DNA of 64,000 nt. Origin: Octopus bimaculoides. Lineage: Eukaryota. Positions 51,966-64,000 of the stretch are shown in pieces (the first letter of the stretch is position 1; every line of letters starts with the position of its first letter). The DNA lies in NCBI RefSeq assembly GCF_001194135.2, contig NC_068990.1:14141188-14205187 (forward strand), given 5' to 3'. The position numbers and the translations under genes were made by a program. Below the pieces are notes generated by a model. The model had not been told where the DNA came from and ran no database searches. It saw nothing but the letters and a program-made list of their open reading frames with translations.

Positions 51966-52029
<64 letters not shown>

Positions 52030-52504
52030 AAGATATATATGAACGCATACGTATACATACATTAACAGAACACTTAAATGCCTAGAGCAAACATCTTTGA
52101 AAAACAGCTGTTGTGTGAAATGCTATCTTTTGTTTCGTTTACTGTTGTGAACTTACAAATCTCGTCTCATCAGAAAAGGCTCTCTTTATACGTCTAGGGC
52201 CTATAATCTAATTTGATACTATTGTCAGGTTCGTTTCTTGCTCACTGTTTTACATATGCTTACCAAACTGGACAGATATATTCGAAACATTTATCAACGT
52301 GAAGAAAATTCCTTCCTCTTGTACGCTGAAGAATTAACTTGCAGGTTTTGCTAAGACATTTTTGGGTTGCTTATGTTACACCTCTTGGAATCTCGATTCG
52401 TCAACCTTATACTTCTGAGTAACAGATTAAAGGCATTCTTTTTTATAACTTGCTCATAAATCTTCCCTTTAACTGTTTGTTTGTTTACCATTCGGATACC
52501 TTCG

Positions 52505-52513
52505 TGATGTTGC

Positions 52514-52559
<46 letters not shown>

Positions 52560-53185
52560 GGTGGTGTTGTTGTTGCGGTTGTTTATGGTGACGACGAAAT
52601 TTTAAGACGATGACGAGATTAATGAGANNNNNNNNNNNNNNNNNNNNNNNNNNNNNNNNNNNNNNNNNNNNNNNNNNNNNNNNNNNNNNNNNNNNNNNNN
52701 NNNNNNNNNNNNNNNNNNNNNNNNNNNNNNNNNNNGAGGAGGAGGAGGTGGAGGAGGAGGAGGAAGAGGAGGATGAAAGCGGCGACGATGACGTTGATGA
52801 TTGCGATGATGATGTCGGTGATGATGAAGTTGATGACGAATGATGATGTTGATGATGATGATGATGATGGTGAAGGCAGCGACGATGATGTTGATTGCGA
52901 TGATGATGTGGGTGATGAAGTTGATGATGTATGATGGTGATGATGATGATGATGATCATCATCATCATCATCATCATCATGACGATGATGGTGGTGGTGG
53001 TGCTGGTGATGGTTTTGGTGTTGGTGTTGATGATGGTAGTGATGGCGATGATGATCCTAATGGTAGTCGTGGTAGTGTTGATGATGGTGATGATGATGGG
53101 GATGATGATGATGAAGTAATGTTGGTGATGGTGATGGGGTTGGTAGTAGTGGTGGAGAAGGAGGAGGAGGAGGATGACGACGACA
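52505..53185. repeat. Low-complexity (GTT/GGT/GAG/GAT/CAT)n region containing a gap
   Basis: Seen directly. Confidence 0.9.
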
Positions 53186-54222
53186 AAGAGAACGACGTGA
53201 AGGAAGGGAGCCTTTGTCGACAGCGTTGCCATTTTTGATTGTAGATGATTTGTTTCTTGTTCATATATGCTATCAAACAAAAAACAAAAATATAGAAACG
53301 TGCTAATAATGCTTCCGTAATCTTTTTTATTTGTCTTTTTGTTTTGTTTTGATTTCTTTGTTTTTGTTTCCTTCTGTTCGTTTTTTTTTTTGTTTTTGTT
53401 TTTTTCTGAAATAACAAACCGCAATGTGATATCACATTGACGAGGAAGTCTTTATAACAACCAGTTAGACAACTTAACGATGTTGGCATCATTTCTGTCG
53501 GCAGAAAAATTCTTGTGATCCGTTAGATTCTTTTACAGCTAACAGATTTCTTTAATTAGTCATCAGTAGATTAACCTGTAAACATTTAGGTTTCTTTTTT
53601 ATTCTATTACAGTTAGTTTTCTTTTCATTTAGAAATTTTCCAATTGTTTGCCTCATGTTTATTTTGCACTGTTGTTATAAATAATCGCCATTTCATTGAG
53701 GTCTTAACGGAATGGTAGGTTATTTTATGAACTGGTATAACTAACACACCTATGGTAGAACGTAAACATTTTGTGAGATTTATATATTATTTAAATAAGC
53801 TATTCAATATGTTGCACTTGAATTTTATTAATAGTTTCCATATCTCTAACATTTTTTCTATCGTTTTGCCCAGGATATATGTGTGTGTGTTTTATATATA
53901 TGTATAGATATCTAAATATAGTTATATATGAATATCTATATTTATGTGTGAGTGTATATATATATATGTATATGTATATGTATATATATATTGCATCTAT
54001 CTGCCTGTCTATTTGTGCACTCGCATGCTGTACTGAAGGAAATCAGGATTTAGCCGAGTGAATGTTGCAGTTGAAGCTAATTCGTTTAACTTACGCCACT
54101 AACCTCCTTAGGGAAGACATTAAAGCCACCTCTACACCTACCTTAACTTATTGCACTTATATTGTTGTGTGAGTGTCTGTGTGTGTGAATGAGAGAGAGA
54201 GACAAGGGGCGAGAGAGAGAGA

Positions 54223-54269
<47 letters not shown>

Positions 54270-54831
54270 GTTGAGATAGACGTGCTTAACGCAGGACGAG
54301 ATTTACTCTAACAATTAACTGCGTTCCGAGAAGGGGAGAAACTGTAGATAAGCTAAGAAGAACAGGAGAAAATGACTTTCAACCAGAATAAATGATAAGT
54401 TCCACTACCAATACCAGGAAGAAATGGAAGTGGTGTAGAGAGTCGTCTCGACATAACGCACACGCTACATTTCAGGGAAAAGTTGAAAAGTTCAATCTTG
54501 TGTTTGTCCTGCGTATCCTGTCATAAAGAGGACATATTTACATGGACTCACTGCATTATATAAGGTACACTTTTCCATTTTCGTTCAATTAGAAGGGTAA
54601 CTTGAAAATTGTGAATGGATAGATTTATATTACTCAGAACGTGCGAAAGAAGGACAAACAAAACATCTGAAAACAAACATGGAAAATCTTATTAAAATGC
54701 TGAGGACAGCGGTTCAAGGCCAGCGGTTTCAACCCAAATCTCAACTGGTACTTATTTTATCGATCCCGAAAGAAAGACATGGTCGACCTCGTCAGATTTT
54801 GAAGACATTAATAATAATAATTATGATGATG

Positions 54832-54884
<53 letters not shown>

Positions 54885-54885
<1 letters not shown>

Positions 54886-55430
54886 CAGTGCCAGGCAGTG
54901 GCTCTCATAGCTTCTGATCTTAATTGATTGGAAGCGATATCATGTACATTGTTTTGTCTTGGTATAAAAGATGGGCTACAGCAAATATTCTGCTCAATAC
55001 CACAGATTCGCTTGTCAGTTGCTTGTCCTTAACCGGTTGAGCATGTCCCTCGATGGCTGACGATATGTGCATCTCTGATCATGAGCAGAAGTAGTGGGGG
55101 AGCATCATAGCCATGTGCTGAGAGGAATTTTAGGGGTTTGGATAATTCACCTTTGGAAACATGGGTGTTTTGCTCAACATCCTTAAACAACCCTTATTCA
55201 GGGACCTTTTGAACGGAATGGGCTACTCGACCTGAAGAAAATTCTAACTGGGACCCACCTGCGAGGTCATGCGCTGTTTATCTTGATATGAGGCCACCAT
55301 GTCGCGCACACATGGTTGTGATGCATGTGCTTGTTGTACCCTTATCAGACGGGTAGCCATGATGGGTATAATGGGCTTCGTATATTTGTACCCCAGTGTC
55401 ACTTTGATGGTATGCGCTGCTCTCTCACTC
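54885..55430. mobile_element. About 550-bp unclassified element between (GAT)n and (AAT)n tracts
   Basis: Sharp boundaries with microsatellites on both sides; higher GC than flanks; I recall this sequence as a high-copy octopus repeat, but there is only one copy in the window. Confidence 0.55.
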
Positions 55431-55488
<58 letters not shown>

Positions 55489-57236
55489 GCAACAACTACA
55501 AGAACATCAACAAGGAGAAAATTTATATAAGCAGGTTTAACATCAAAATGTCGACCGGATTGGAAGTTCAGTGACTTGTCAAAACAGTTTAAGACAAACT
55601 AATAACCGAAAATTTTATAGTGTCACCCATAGAGCCATCTCTTTCGCATTGATGCTGCTGTTGCTATCATCAGCGTGAGGTATGGCATAGAGTCTAGGTG
55701 AACACGGGTCGTTGAAAGTTAAGTGTCCAAGGACTCCGATGAAAACGCGTTGAAGCCGTGAAAAGCACAAATTCGTCAGGATCACAGCTGGCTGCCCTGC
55801 ATCCAAGTGGCTCGGTCACACAAGCTCTTTACATTATACTGCTAACACTATTATAGGTTTTCAACAAATGGTAAAGCATTTGACTGTTACATAAAATCCC
55901 TCAGGAGGCTCGACGAGCCACACAAAGAGTTAATCTCTGATGTAGATATTGAATAATAAAAATAACAACAATAAAACATAGGCAGATATTCAAACTATTT
56001 CAACGAACTGACATGAAATGTGTGTTTTTGTAATTACTGTTATTTTCCTATGTACTTTACTACGGAAAATAAAATCGCTTTTGCGTATGTTTGTACATTT
56101 GAATGCATGCACGTACATATGTACGTGCATGTATGAGTGTGTATGTGTGCAAACATATTTATATATGTATATACGTGTATATATATATATATATATNNNN
56201 NNNNNNNNNNNNNNNNNNNNNNNNNNNNNNNNNNNNNNNNNNNNNNNNNNNNNNNNNNNNNNNNTACATATATATATATATATATATATTTACATATAGA
56301 TATGTGTGTGTAAATATGTTTACATATATATATGTGTTATATATAACTGTCTGTTTGTGTTTGTATGTACACACATACTCTCACACACACACACACACAT
56401 ATATATGTACATGTATTAGCGTTTACAAGGGAAGGTTTGATAGTAACTTCGACGAGTAGACTTGCTCGCCTTCACCAGGCTATGATTCACTTCTTTTCTT
56501 TGGGAAGGATGCCTTATATAGTCTCTGGGAATTTGATTTTTCTTTAGGTAGTTGGAGCAATGTGAGCCATAATCTGATACGGCGTTAGCAGAGCGGAGAA
56601 GTCTGTTCTGTCGGTAGGATAGAGTAAGATAGGAGGATAGTAAGAGTCTTTTGTAGAGAGCGGCTTGATTGAAAACTATGGTTGGGAGATTTATTTTGGC
56701 TTGATATTGGAATTTGTTATCAGTTAGGGTTCAATCAGTCATGGAAGTAAGGATGTAAACACATGTCTTAAATTTAGGTTATGACATTCCTTGTATAAAA
56801 GGCTATTTTTGTTCTGCTTTAGTGGGTTTGGGGGTTACACTTTGTTAGAAACAAATACAAAGAAATATAGTATTGCTAAACTAAATAAAAAAAAGATGAC
56901 CTTAGAACTATTTTTAACACAGTGATAATAGCTTTATGAAGTGTGACCCAACGTCTATAACACATATGAATTACATGGAGATTGTTGGTGTTGGAGTATG
57001 TGATTTTCAACATAAAAGTGCATATGCTCTCAAAGACAGGCATTGAATGACTGGAGTTTAGTTTAAACAACACCTTCTGAGCTGACAATATAAAGCATGC
57101 CAACTGCTTTAGTTGTTTTCTTTTTCACTTGCACGTTTGATATGTGATAGTTGGTTTGCTTTCAAAATATAAGATGGATTCTCCCAGTGTATAAAAAAAA
57201 TCGAAAAGTTATGCGCTTATAAAATAACAGTCATAA

Positions 57237-57378
57237 GCGCAGAAGCGGCTGTGTGGTAAGTAGCTTCTGGGTTCAGTCCCACTGCGTGGCACCTTGGGCA
57301 AGTGTCTTCTACTATAGTATCGGGACGACCAAAGCCTTGTGAGTGGATTTTGTAGACGGAAACTGAAAGAAGCCTGTC

Positions 57379-57412
<34 letters not shown>

Positions 57413-57559
57413 NNNNNNNNNNNNNNNNNNNNNNNNNNNNNNNNNNNNNNNNNNNNNNNNNNNNNNNNNNNNNNNNNNNNNNNNNNNNNNNNNNNNNNNN
57501 NNNNNNNNNNNNNNNNNNNNNNNNNNNNNNNNNNNNNNNNNNNNNNNNNNNNNNNNNNN

Positions 57560-57593
<34 letters not shown>

Positions 57594-57800
57594 GTCTGTG
57601 TTTGTCCCCCCAACATCTCTTGACAACCGATGCTGGTGTGTTTACGTCCCCATAACTTAGCGGTTCGGCAAAAAGAGACCGATAGAATAAGTACTAGGCT
57701 TACAAAGAATAAGTCCTGAGGTCGATTTGTTCGACTAAAGGCGGTGCTCCAGCATGGCCGAAGTCAAATGACTGAAGCAAATTAAAAAAATAAAAGAATA
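57237..57800 (+). mobile_element. SINE family B, full length; gap inside its internal microsatellite
   Basis: Head 57237-57380, (TA)n, gap, (GT)n, 3' module 57590-57800. Confidence 0.92.
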
Positions 57801-58962
57801 GTGAGTCATTTATTATTGGGAAGAAACTGAGCGCCGAATTTGCCTTCAAGGTGGCATTGATGAAATACTGCAATGGTAAATTCATCCAAAAAAATAAATA
57901 AATAATGAATGGATAAGCGCTATATTTAGCTACCAACGACGGAAAATTATGAAATCTTTATATGTGTAAGAGAAATTAAATATTGAATATTCTGTTTCTT
58001 CTTTGCTCATCCATTAGAAATTCTAACTTCCCATCCCGCCTTAGCTGAATCTCGAAGTAATTGTCTCCTTTATGACACCTGACCACCTGAGGCACACTAT
58101 GTATATTTGCTGCATTGTACACAATATTGAACAATTCAGAATCTTTAGTTCACAGTTCTATTGAGAAGATAAGTTTAAATGAAAACGCTGGAAATTTCAT
58201 GTCGCTTATTATTAAAGATGGATCAAGTAATGAAAAGGCTTTTGGAGAGAGTAAAAAAAATAGCAAACGTTAAGATGTTATCTTTTCACTAAAGTCCAAA
58301 TTTGAATTTAATAATCTCATGGTTATGAGAAATTATTGTTGGTCAGAAATTCGTAAAAAAATAATATTATAGAGATCTGCTTTATTCTACACCTCATTTT
58401 GCGCATCGTGAACATTTTGTTATAATCAGTCGATTTGCTGAGAGAGATCAAATAGAGATCGTCTGTCTTTCCCCTGTGAAGACAAAATTTCTGCCAGAAT
58501 TGAGAAAAAAAGTAGCACAACACCGGAAGCAGACAATATGTTATTGAGTTATTGTTATACGAAATATTAGGGCAATGCGTTTTCATTTCAGCTTTTCATT
58601 CCTCATGGTACAAATTTAATTTGTGGTCCGTGGAAGGAGCCGTTCTAATAATGCGTCCTGCCCTAACTCTTTGAAACGCTTAGTTTTAGAATGGTGGCAG
58701 CTGATGAAGGAAATGTTCTCTATGTGGCCTATGTATTTTCCGTACTCTGTTTACCATTTTGTCCACGTTTTTTTGCAACGTCTTGTACCCAGATATGCAT
58801 CTATATATGCATGTAGATGTAGGTATGTACATACATGTACGTATATATGCATATACTCATACATTATTTGTATCATATATATATTTATATATATATTATT
58901 AATATTATTATTATTATTATTAATTTGCCTGTACGGTTTATGTTCGCAGCCACCAGCGATGG

Positions 58963-58994
<32 letters not shown>

Positions 58995-59032
58995 NNNNNN
59001 NNNNATATATATATATATATATATATATATAC

Positions 59033-59635
59033 TTTAAATAATCAGAAAATGGAGAAAACTTATGATCAACAAACAAACTGGACCATACAAAACATAACAT
59101 TTAATACAAAACATAACATTTCTTACGGCCGTTTCCGCTTCCAATATTAGTCAGTGCTTGCGAAAGAATTTCGAAAATAATATTCATCATCTTCATAGCA
59201 CATTCGATCTAGTACATGGAGTTTCATCAGAGTGAATGCTAATGCGTAAAATAAAATAAACGAAGGGAAGAGGGAATAGGAAAGAACAGGGCCTCGAAAA
59301 GAGGCCAGAAGGCTCAATATATTAAAATCAAACCATCTTGCAGCGTGGACCTATGAAGTCGATGGGCTTTCTGGCCTCTTCTCGAGGCCCTGTCCTTTCA
59401 TATTCCCTCTTCCCTTCGTTTAATTTATTTTACGCATTTTTATTCACTCTGATGAAGCTCCATGTACGATCTAGTACATGGAGCTTCTGACTAATATTGG
59501 AAGCGGAAACGGCCGTAAGAAATGTTATGTCATAGAAATGTTATGTCATGTTTTGTATTAAAATATAATTTGCCGATGTGGCCCAATTTGTTTGTTTGTT
59601 GATCATAAGTTTTCTCAATTTTCTGATTATTTAAA
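59033..59635. repeat. About 600-bp long inverted repeat (foldback), 46-nt loop at 59317-59362
   Basis: Arms align in reverse complement over about 280 bp, for example catttcttacggccgtttccgcttccaatattagtcag / ctgactaatattggaagcggaaacggccgtaagaaatg. Confidence 0.9.
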
Positions 59636-59805
59636 TTTGTTTCTGATAAACTTTTGTTTATTCTGTTGTTACCTGTCCCCTATGAGCATAGTGTGCCTAC
59701 ATACCCATTCCCAGGTATAGCACAGGTAATTGATACCGATAGTAAATACGGTTACTCTACCGCTAACTCTACATTCTATATATATATATACATACATACA
59801 AGCAT

Positions 59806-59842
<37 letters not shown>

Positions 59843-59852
59843 NNNNNNNNNN

Positions 59853-59898
<46 letters not shown>

Positions 59899-60394
59899 GA
59901 CACCTATAGATAAACGTTTATGTGCTTGTTCCTGCGTAAAGACACAAAGAAGCAAATTCAACCATTAAAATGTTAAAAATGTCAGTCTTATGAAAAGTAC
60001 CTTTACATGTTTGAAGCAACTTGTAAAATAATAAACTACAAATTCCTCTACTATTGCTACTTACACAGCTGCGTATATCAAGTACTAACAATATTTTCAT
60101 TGCCAAAATTGTGACGATTGAGAGACATGACATGGTATAAAAGTCGTGGTTTACATTGAAAAAGGATGGAAAAAGTTATATATGCTTGTGTGTGAGTGTG
60201 TATTGCATGTGTATCTGTGTTTTTCTCTTTGTGTCTCTTTCTGTGTCTGTTGGGGGGAAGTCTGTTAAAAGGATGTTAGTAGCTACACACCGAAAATCAG
60301 GGCAATCACGTATCTTTATTGCCTTACAACACCAAAACAAATGCTTGGTTGCTGCTACCAATTGACAAAAACCAATTTCTGATCAGATATTAGC

Positions 60395-60611
60395 TTCAAA
60401 TTTTGGCTGGAGGCCAGCAATTTCGGGGAAGGGGCTAAATTGACTACACCGACCCCAATTCTCAACTGGTGCTTATTTTATCGAATCCGAAAGTATGAAA
60501 GGCAAAGAGGAGCCTGGCAGGCGGAATTTAAACTCAAAATTAAAAAAAACAGACGAAATGTCGCTAAGCAGTTTTCTTGGCGTGCTAACGATCCTGCAAC
60601 TTCACCGCCCT
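60395..60611 (-). mobile_element. Old SINE family A copy
   Basis: aactggtgcttattttatcga..atgaaaggcaaag..ggcggaatttaaactc..gctaagca..gcgtgctaacga. Confidence 0.8.
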
Positions 60612-60780
60612 CGTGCAAAATTGGTTTGCTTTTCAAACGTTCGAGACACAGTACACATATTTTTGATGTGCATGGATATAGTGAATTATATAGATCCATA
60701 ATTGTAAGTCTTATTTATTTCGACTCCGAAATAATGAGCCAACGAGGGAGTTTCAATGACGTCGTTTCACCGACTTGCAA

Positions 60781-60841
60781 TATTAATTAAACATCCCTCT
60801 TTTTTTAAAAATATTAATTAAACATCCCTCTTTTTTAAAAA
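60781..60841. repeat. About 31-bp tandem duplication
   Basis: tattaattaaacatccctctttttt(t)aaaaa twice. Confidence 0.88.
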
Positions 60842-60935
60842 GAAGCACATCTTTGATATGAATGAAAGATGGCATAGCGGCAACTGGAATGCATTTGGCC
60901 ATAGATCTTATTGTTAAAGTCTAGTATTCCGGGGA

Positions 60936-61006
<71 letters not shown>

Positions 61007-61059
61007 TACAACAATAACAATAATACCAACCACAACAATAATAATAATAACAATAACTA

Positions 61060-61730
61060 CAAAACAGCAAAAGAAAAAAATATGATACTACTAACAGCGT
61101 TTGGGATCTATCGCCCCAAAGCTGATATTGTTACAATATACTTAATCTCAGATATATAAGTAAAGAAACAGTGATGTAGAAACTAGACACCAGTGCACAG
61201 TAGAAAAATATTTAGATGAGGACATAAGAAAAAGAAAGGAAATATTAAGAATACAAACGAGTAAATTTCTACTGAATTTATAAAAACCACTTGATGGCCG
61301 ATATCCTGCACGATTTGGTAAAGGAGAAAGAAGCCTGAGTAGAAAACAATAATAACCTTCAACTCCTTGTGTTAAAAACAGTAAAAGTGGGTTCGGTTTT
61401 AGCTGTTGAAGACCAATGCATAATACTAATAATTGCAAAAGCAATATAATGGAAAAAAAAAGATGTCAGCATGAAGTTTGGACAATGCAATAATTATAAT
61501 GAGACAACTGGTAACATTATTTCCAATTGTGCATTTTGTGTATATTCATTGACTTCCACAGACTCAGAAAATATGTACACGTCTACATGAAAATAAGAGG
61601 TATGAATGTGTACCAAGAACGGTACATGACAACGATAATGTTATAACCGTCTGAGACATCCCTATGTGATTGCGAAAAGATATCAAGGACAACCGCTCGG
61701 ATATAGTAATCTAAAACTGAAACGAAAATA
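61060..61730 (+). pseudogene. Decayed R4/Dong-type LINE fragment (post-RT, CCHC knuckle, start of REL endonuclease), next to an (AAT)n tract
   Basis: GIYRPKADIVTIYL (cf. HHPKADVDRLYL), KPLDGRYP (cf. KPLHGQYP), AVEDQCI, ETTGNIISNC (cf. ETIDHIVSGC), YECVPRTVHDNDNV, KDIKDNRSDIVI (cf. REIKANRPDIVI). Confidence 0.75.
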
Positions 61731-61751
61731 CCTGTATCCTGATAGGTATCT

Positions 61752-61904
61752 CCAGTAGTGTAGCTGAGTGAAGCTGAAGTGAGCAGTCCGCCCCGGGCAA
61801 CTTTTAAATGGGAGTGGCACGTTTGGGCCTGCTGTATAAGCTTGTGTGGCTTAGTGCGGATATAAGCGGCGAACTCAAAGGCTGCCCCGAATGGTGCACG
61901 CTCT

Positions 61905-61905
<1 letters not shown>
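61752..61905 (+). mobile_element. Possible degraded hAT-like terminal fragment
   Basis: cagtagtgtagctg..gcagtccgccccggg resembles the cagtggcgtagct..gtccgccccggg left ends of hAT MITEs; no partner TIR or TSD found. Confidence 0.35.
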
Positions 61906-61955
<50 letters not shown>

Positions 61956-64000
61956 TAATAATAAAGGAGTTACGACGCAAAAACGTATAAATTCAAAAGA
62001 ACATATTTATCTTCTTCAATATATATTTCAGTATAAAGAATTCATTAAGATGCTTAAATCAAAATTTCTTTACACATCATTCAGGAACAGATATAACATC
62101 AGAAAAAATACATTCCGTTTAAAAACACAAACCGTTCATGGCGAAAAAATTTCACAATTCATATTTTGGTGATGATTTTTTAAGTTAGCTTACCAATTAT
62201 TGTTGGTAGTTAATTTATAATATATTGTTATATATATATATATATATCGATCTTTGTTGATAAAGATTTGCGCTAAAGGAAATCGAAATAATTAAGATGA
62301 TGAAAATATTAGTAAAAGTCATCAGAAGAATACTTGAAATACAAGGTATAATAAAAGAAAAAAAAAAGAAAATACACACATCGACAACACAAAAAACACA
62401 CCAGGGCTCACAACATTACCCATAGTTTAAAGAAATGTCCTCGTCGTGCGCAAAGTGGTTTCTATTTAATGAAACATTTAGTTAAAATTGCACACCCACA
62501 CTTCGCAACGCTTAATACTATTTAACCCCCATTCGGCAAAATAACACAGATCGCTCATTAATTTTATGACATCAACGACAGGCAATAACACCCAACCCAC
62601 TAAAGACATATTCTTTGCGATCACCACCCAATAAAAATTAGACAACATATTTTCTTACAGAACCAATTCATGACACTATAACAACAACTCGCATTCTAGA
62701 CCATTATTAGCCATGAGTATAACGCAATCCACACAACAGATATTCAAAACAATTACTGTCAGACGCTTTAATACTAATTAGCTTGTCATGGTATTGCCTC
62801 CGGAAGAAGGTTACTCACAGATACCCAAATGAACGCAGGACAAATTAAGCCTTTTAGTTCTTTAGCTATTAATCTATGAGAAAGCAGCTCTGTATGAATC
62901 CTGCATCTTAATTACTGCTGAGCTTCTGGCACTTGCTGCACCAGACAAATAAAAGTTTGAAGAAGGGTAGAGTCGGCCTGTATCTGCATAAAGGAGGTAC
63001 AATATAACAATATTCACAGTGAAGATTGTTCAGCAAATAAAGACACCAACGCTAATATCAGACTTTCTTAACAGCCGTGTTTCGTTGGACCCTCATTCAC
63101 CGATGCTGCGAGAGAGCTCAACACCGTCTGATACCAAAGCATATAGGACCAATCTCGCACTACATACGATATTTTACTACAGTCCAATAAACTCACACAA
63201 CTCACAGTCTATACCGCACACAAACATACCACTAAAGTTTCTCTAGAAATAACAAAACAAAGTAATGCATTTATACAGTTATGCAGTATACAAGCACAGT
63301 TCTTCATTTACACAGGACAATGCTACTGAAACTTCAGGAACTTGGATGTGCACCTACTTTTAGAGCAGAAACTCGCATAAAAATGTTGAAAACATGATGA
63401 TAAATAATATCGAACGATAGCCATGACAAGCAAGCAATAATGCAACGAAATAAAAACAAACAAAATTTATGAAATACTGAAGTACAAGGAAGACTTAAGA
63501 AACTCTCTTTCTATTTCTTTCCTCCCTCAGGAACTTTTCGTATATTATATGCATATATATGTGCATATATATATATAAGGATATACATATTGTATGTGTA
63601 TATGTGTGCATGTGTGCGCGTGTACGTGTGTGCGTGTATGTGTGTGTGTGCGTGTGTGTGTGTGCATGTATGTATGAAGTTATGTATGTACACACCTAAG
63701 CATTATGCACAATATTAATATGGGGAAAAGCGTACAGAAATCGCTTTTTTCTAACAGTATTAAAGATAGTTTTAATAGTAACAATAATATTACTTTTATT
63801 GGCAAGGATATCAATAACAATGCAGTGTTAGCACGATTACCAGCCTCTGCTAATGCTAGAATCCTTCAAAATTCCATTGCAGCTGAACAAAAGGCACTCG
63901 ACGATGAACGTGTCAAGAGCTTGCTATATTACTTGCAACAAGCTAAAATAATTCCCATTAATTTATAGTCAGACCAACGGAGATTGAAGGATGTCACCAG

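Larger units (their letters stand above)
3695..59852. other. 19 assembly gaps (N-runs), for example 3695-4208, 14418-15236, 20447-21125, 27402-27898, 39887-40322, 45135-45572, 51407-51953
   Basis: Seen directly; most are flanked by (TA)n or (CA)n. Confidence 0.99.

Noticed and set aside
3488-59961. Long ORFs in the track that contain X-runs or CV/YI/HT/YLSI/ER repeats
   Set aside because: They stay open only because they cross N-gaps or di-/tetranucleotide microsatellites.
1-64000. CRISPR array or prokaryotic defence or operon structure
   Set aside because: No regularly spaced repeats with unique spacers and no gene-dense coding DNA; the tandem units are SINE-derived or local duplications.

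Overview
Eukaryotic, AT-rich, extremely repeat-dense DNA from a draft assembly (19 N-runs, about 5 kb, most of them next to (TA)n/(CA)n tracts). The tRNA-derived SINE families and microsatellite load look like an octopus (coleoid cephalopod) genome; this call rests on recognition from memory, not a search. I cannot identify any intact host protein-coding gene, rRNA, true tRNA or CRISPR array. Almost all long ORFs in the track come from N-runs or microsatellites. The window is most likely intronic or intergenic. Supportable content: (i) four tRNA-headed SINE families, here called A-D, with three family-D copies carrying clean 10-12 bp target-site duplications; (ii) three decayed R4/Dong-type non-LTR retrotransposon fragments with RT, CCHC and restriction-like endonuclease motifs; (iii) a decayed mariner transposase; (iv) several MITE/foldback elements, including a 563-bp element with GG termini, an 8-bp TSD and an inverted telomeric-repeat core; (v) many simple repeats. 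The most interesting structure is that young family-A SINE copies repeatedly abut the tRNA head of another family-A copy at two recurring junctions (self-nesting or tandem propagation). Also notable are several foldback/GC-rich islands with degenerate hammerhead-ribozyme-like motifs. A few weak candidate exons are listed at low confidence.
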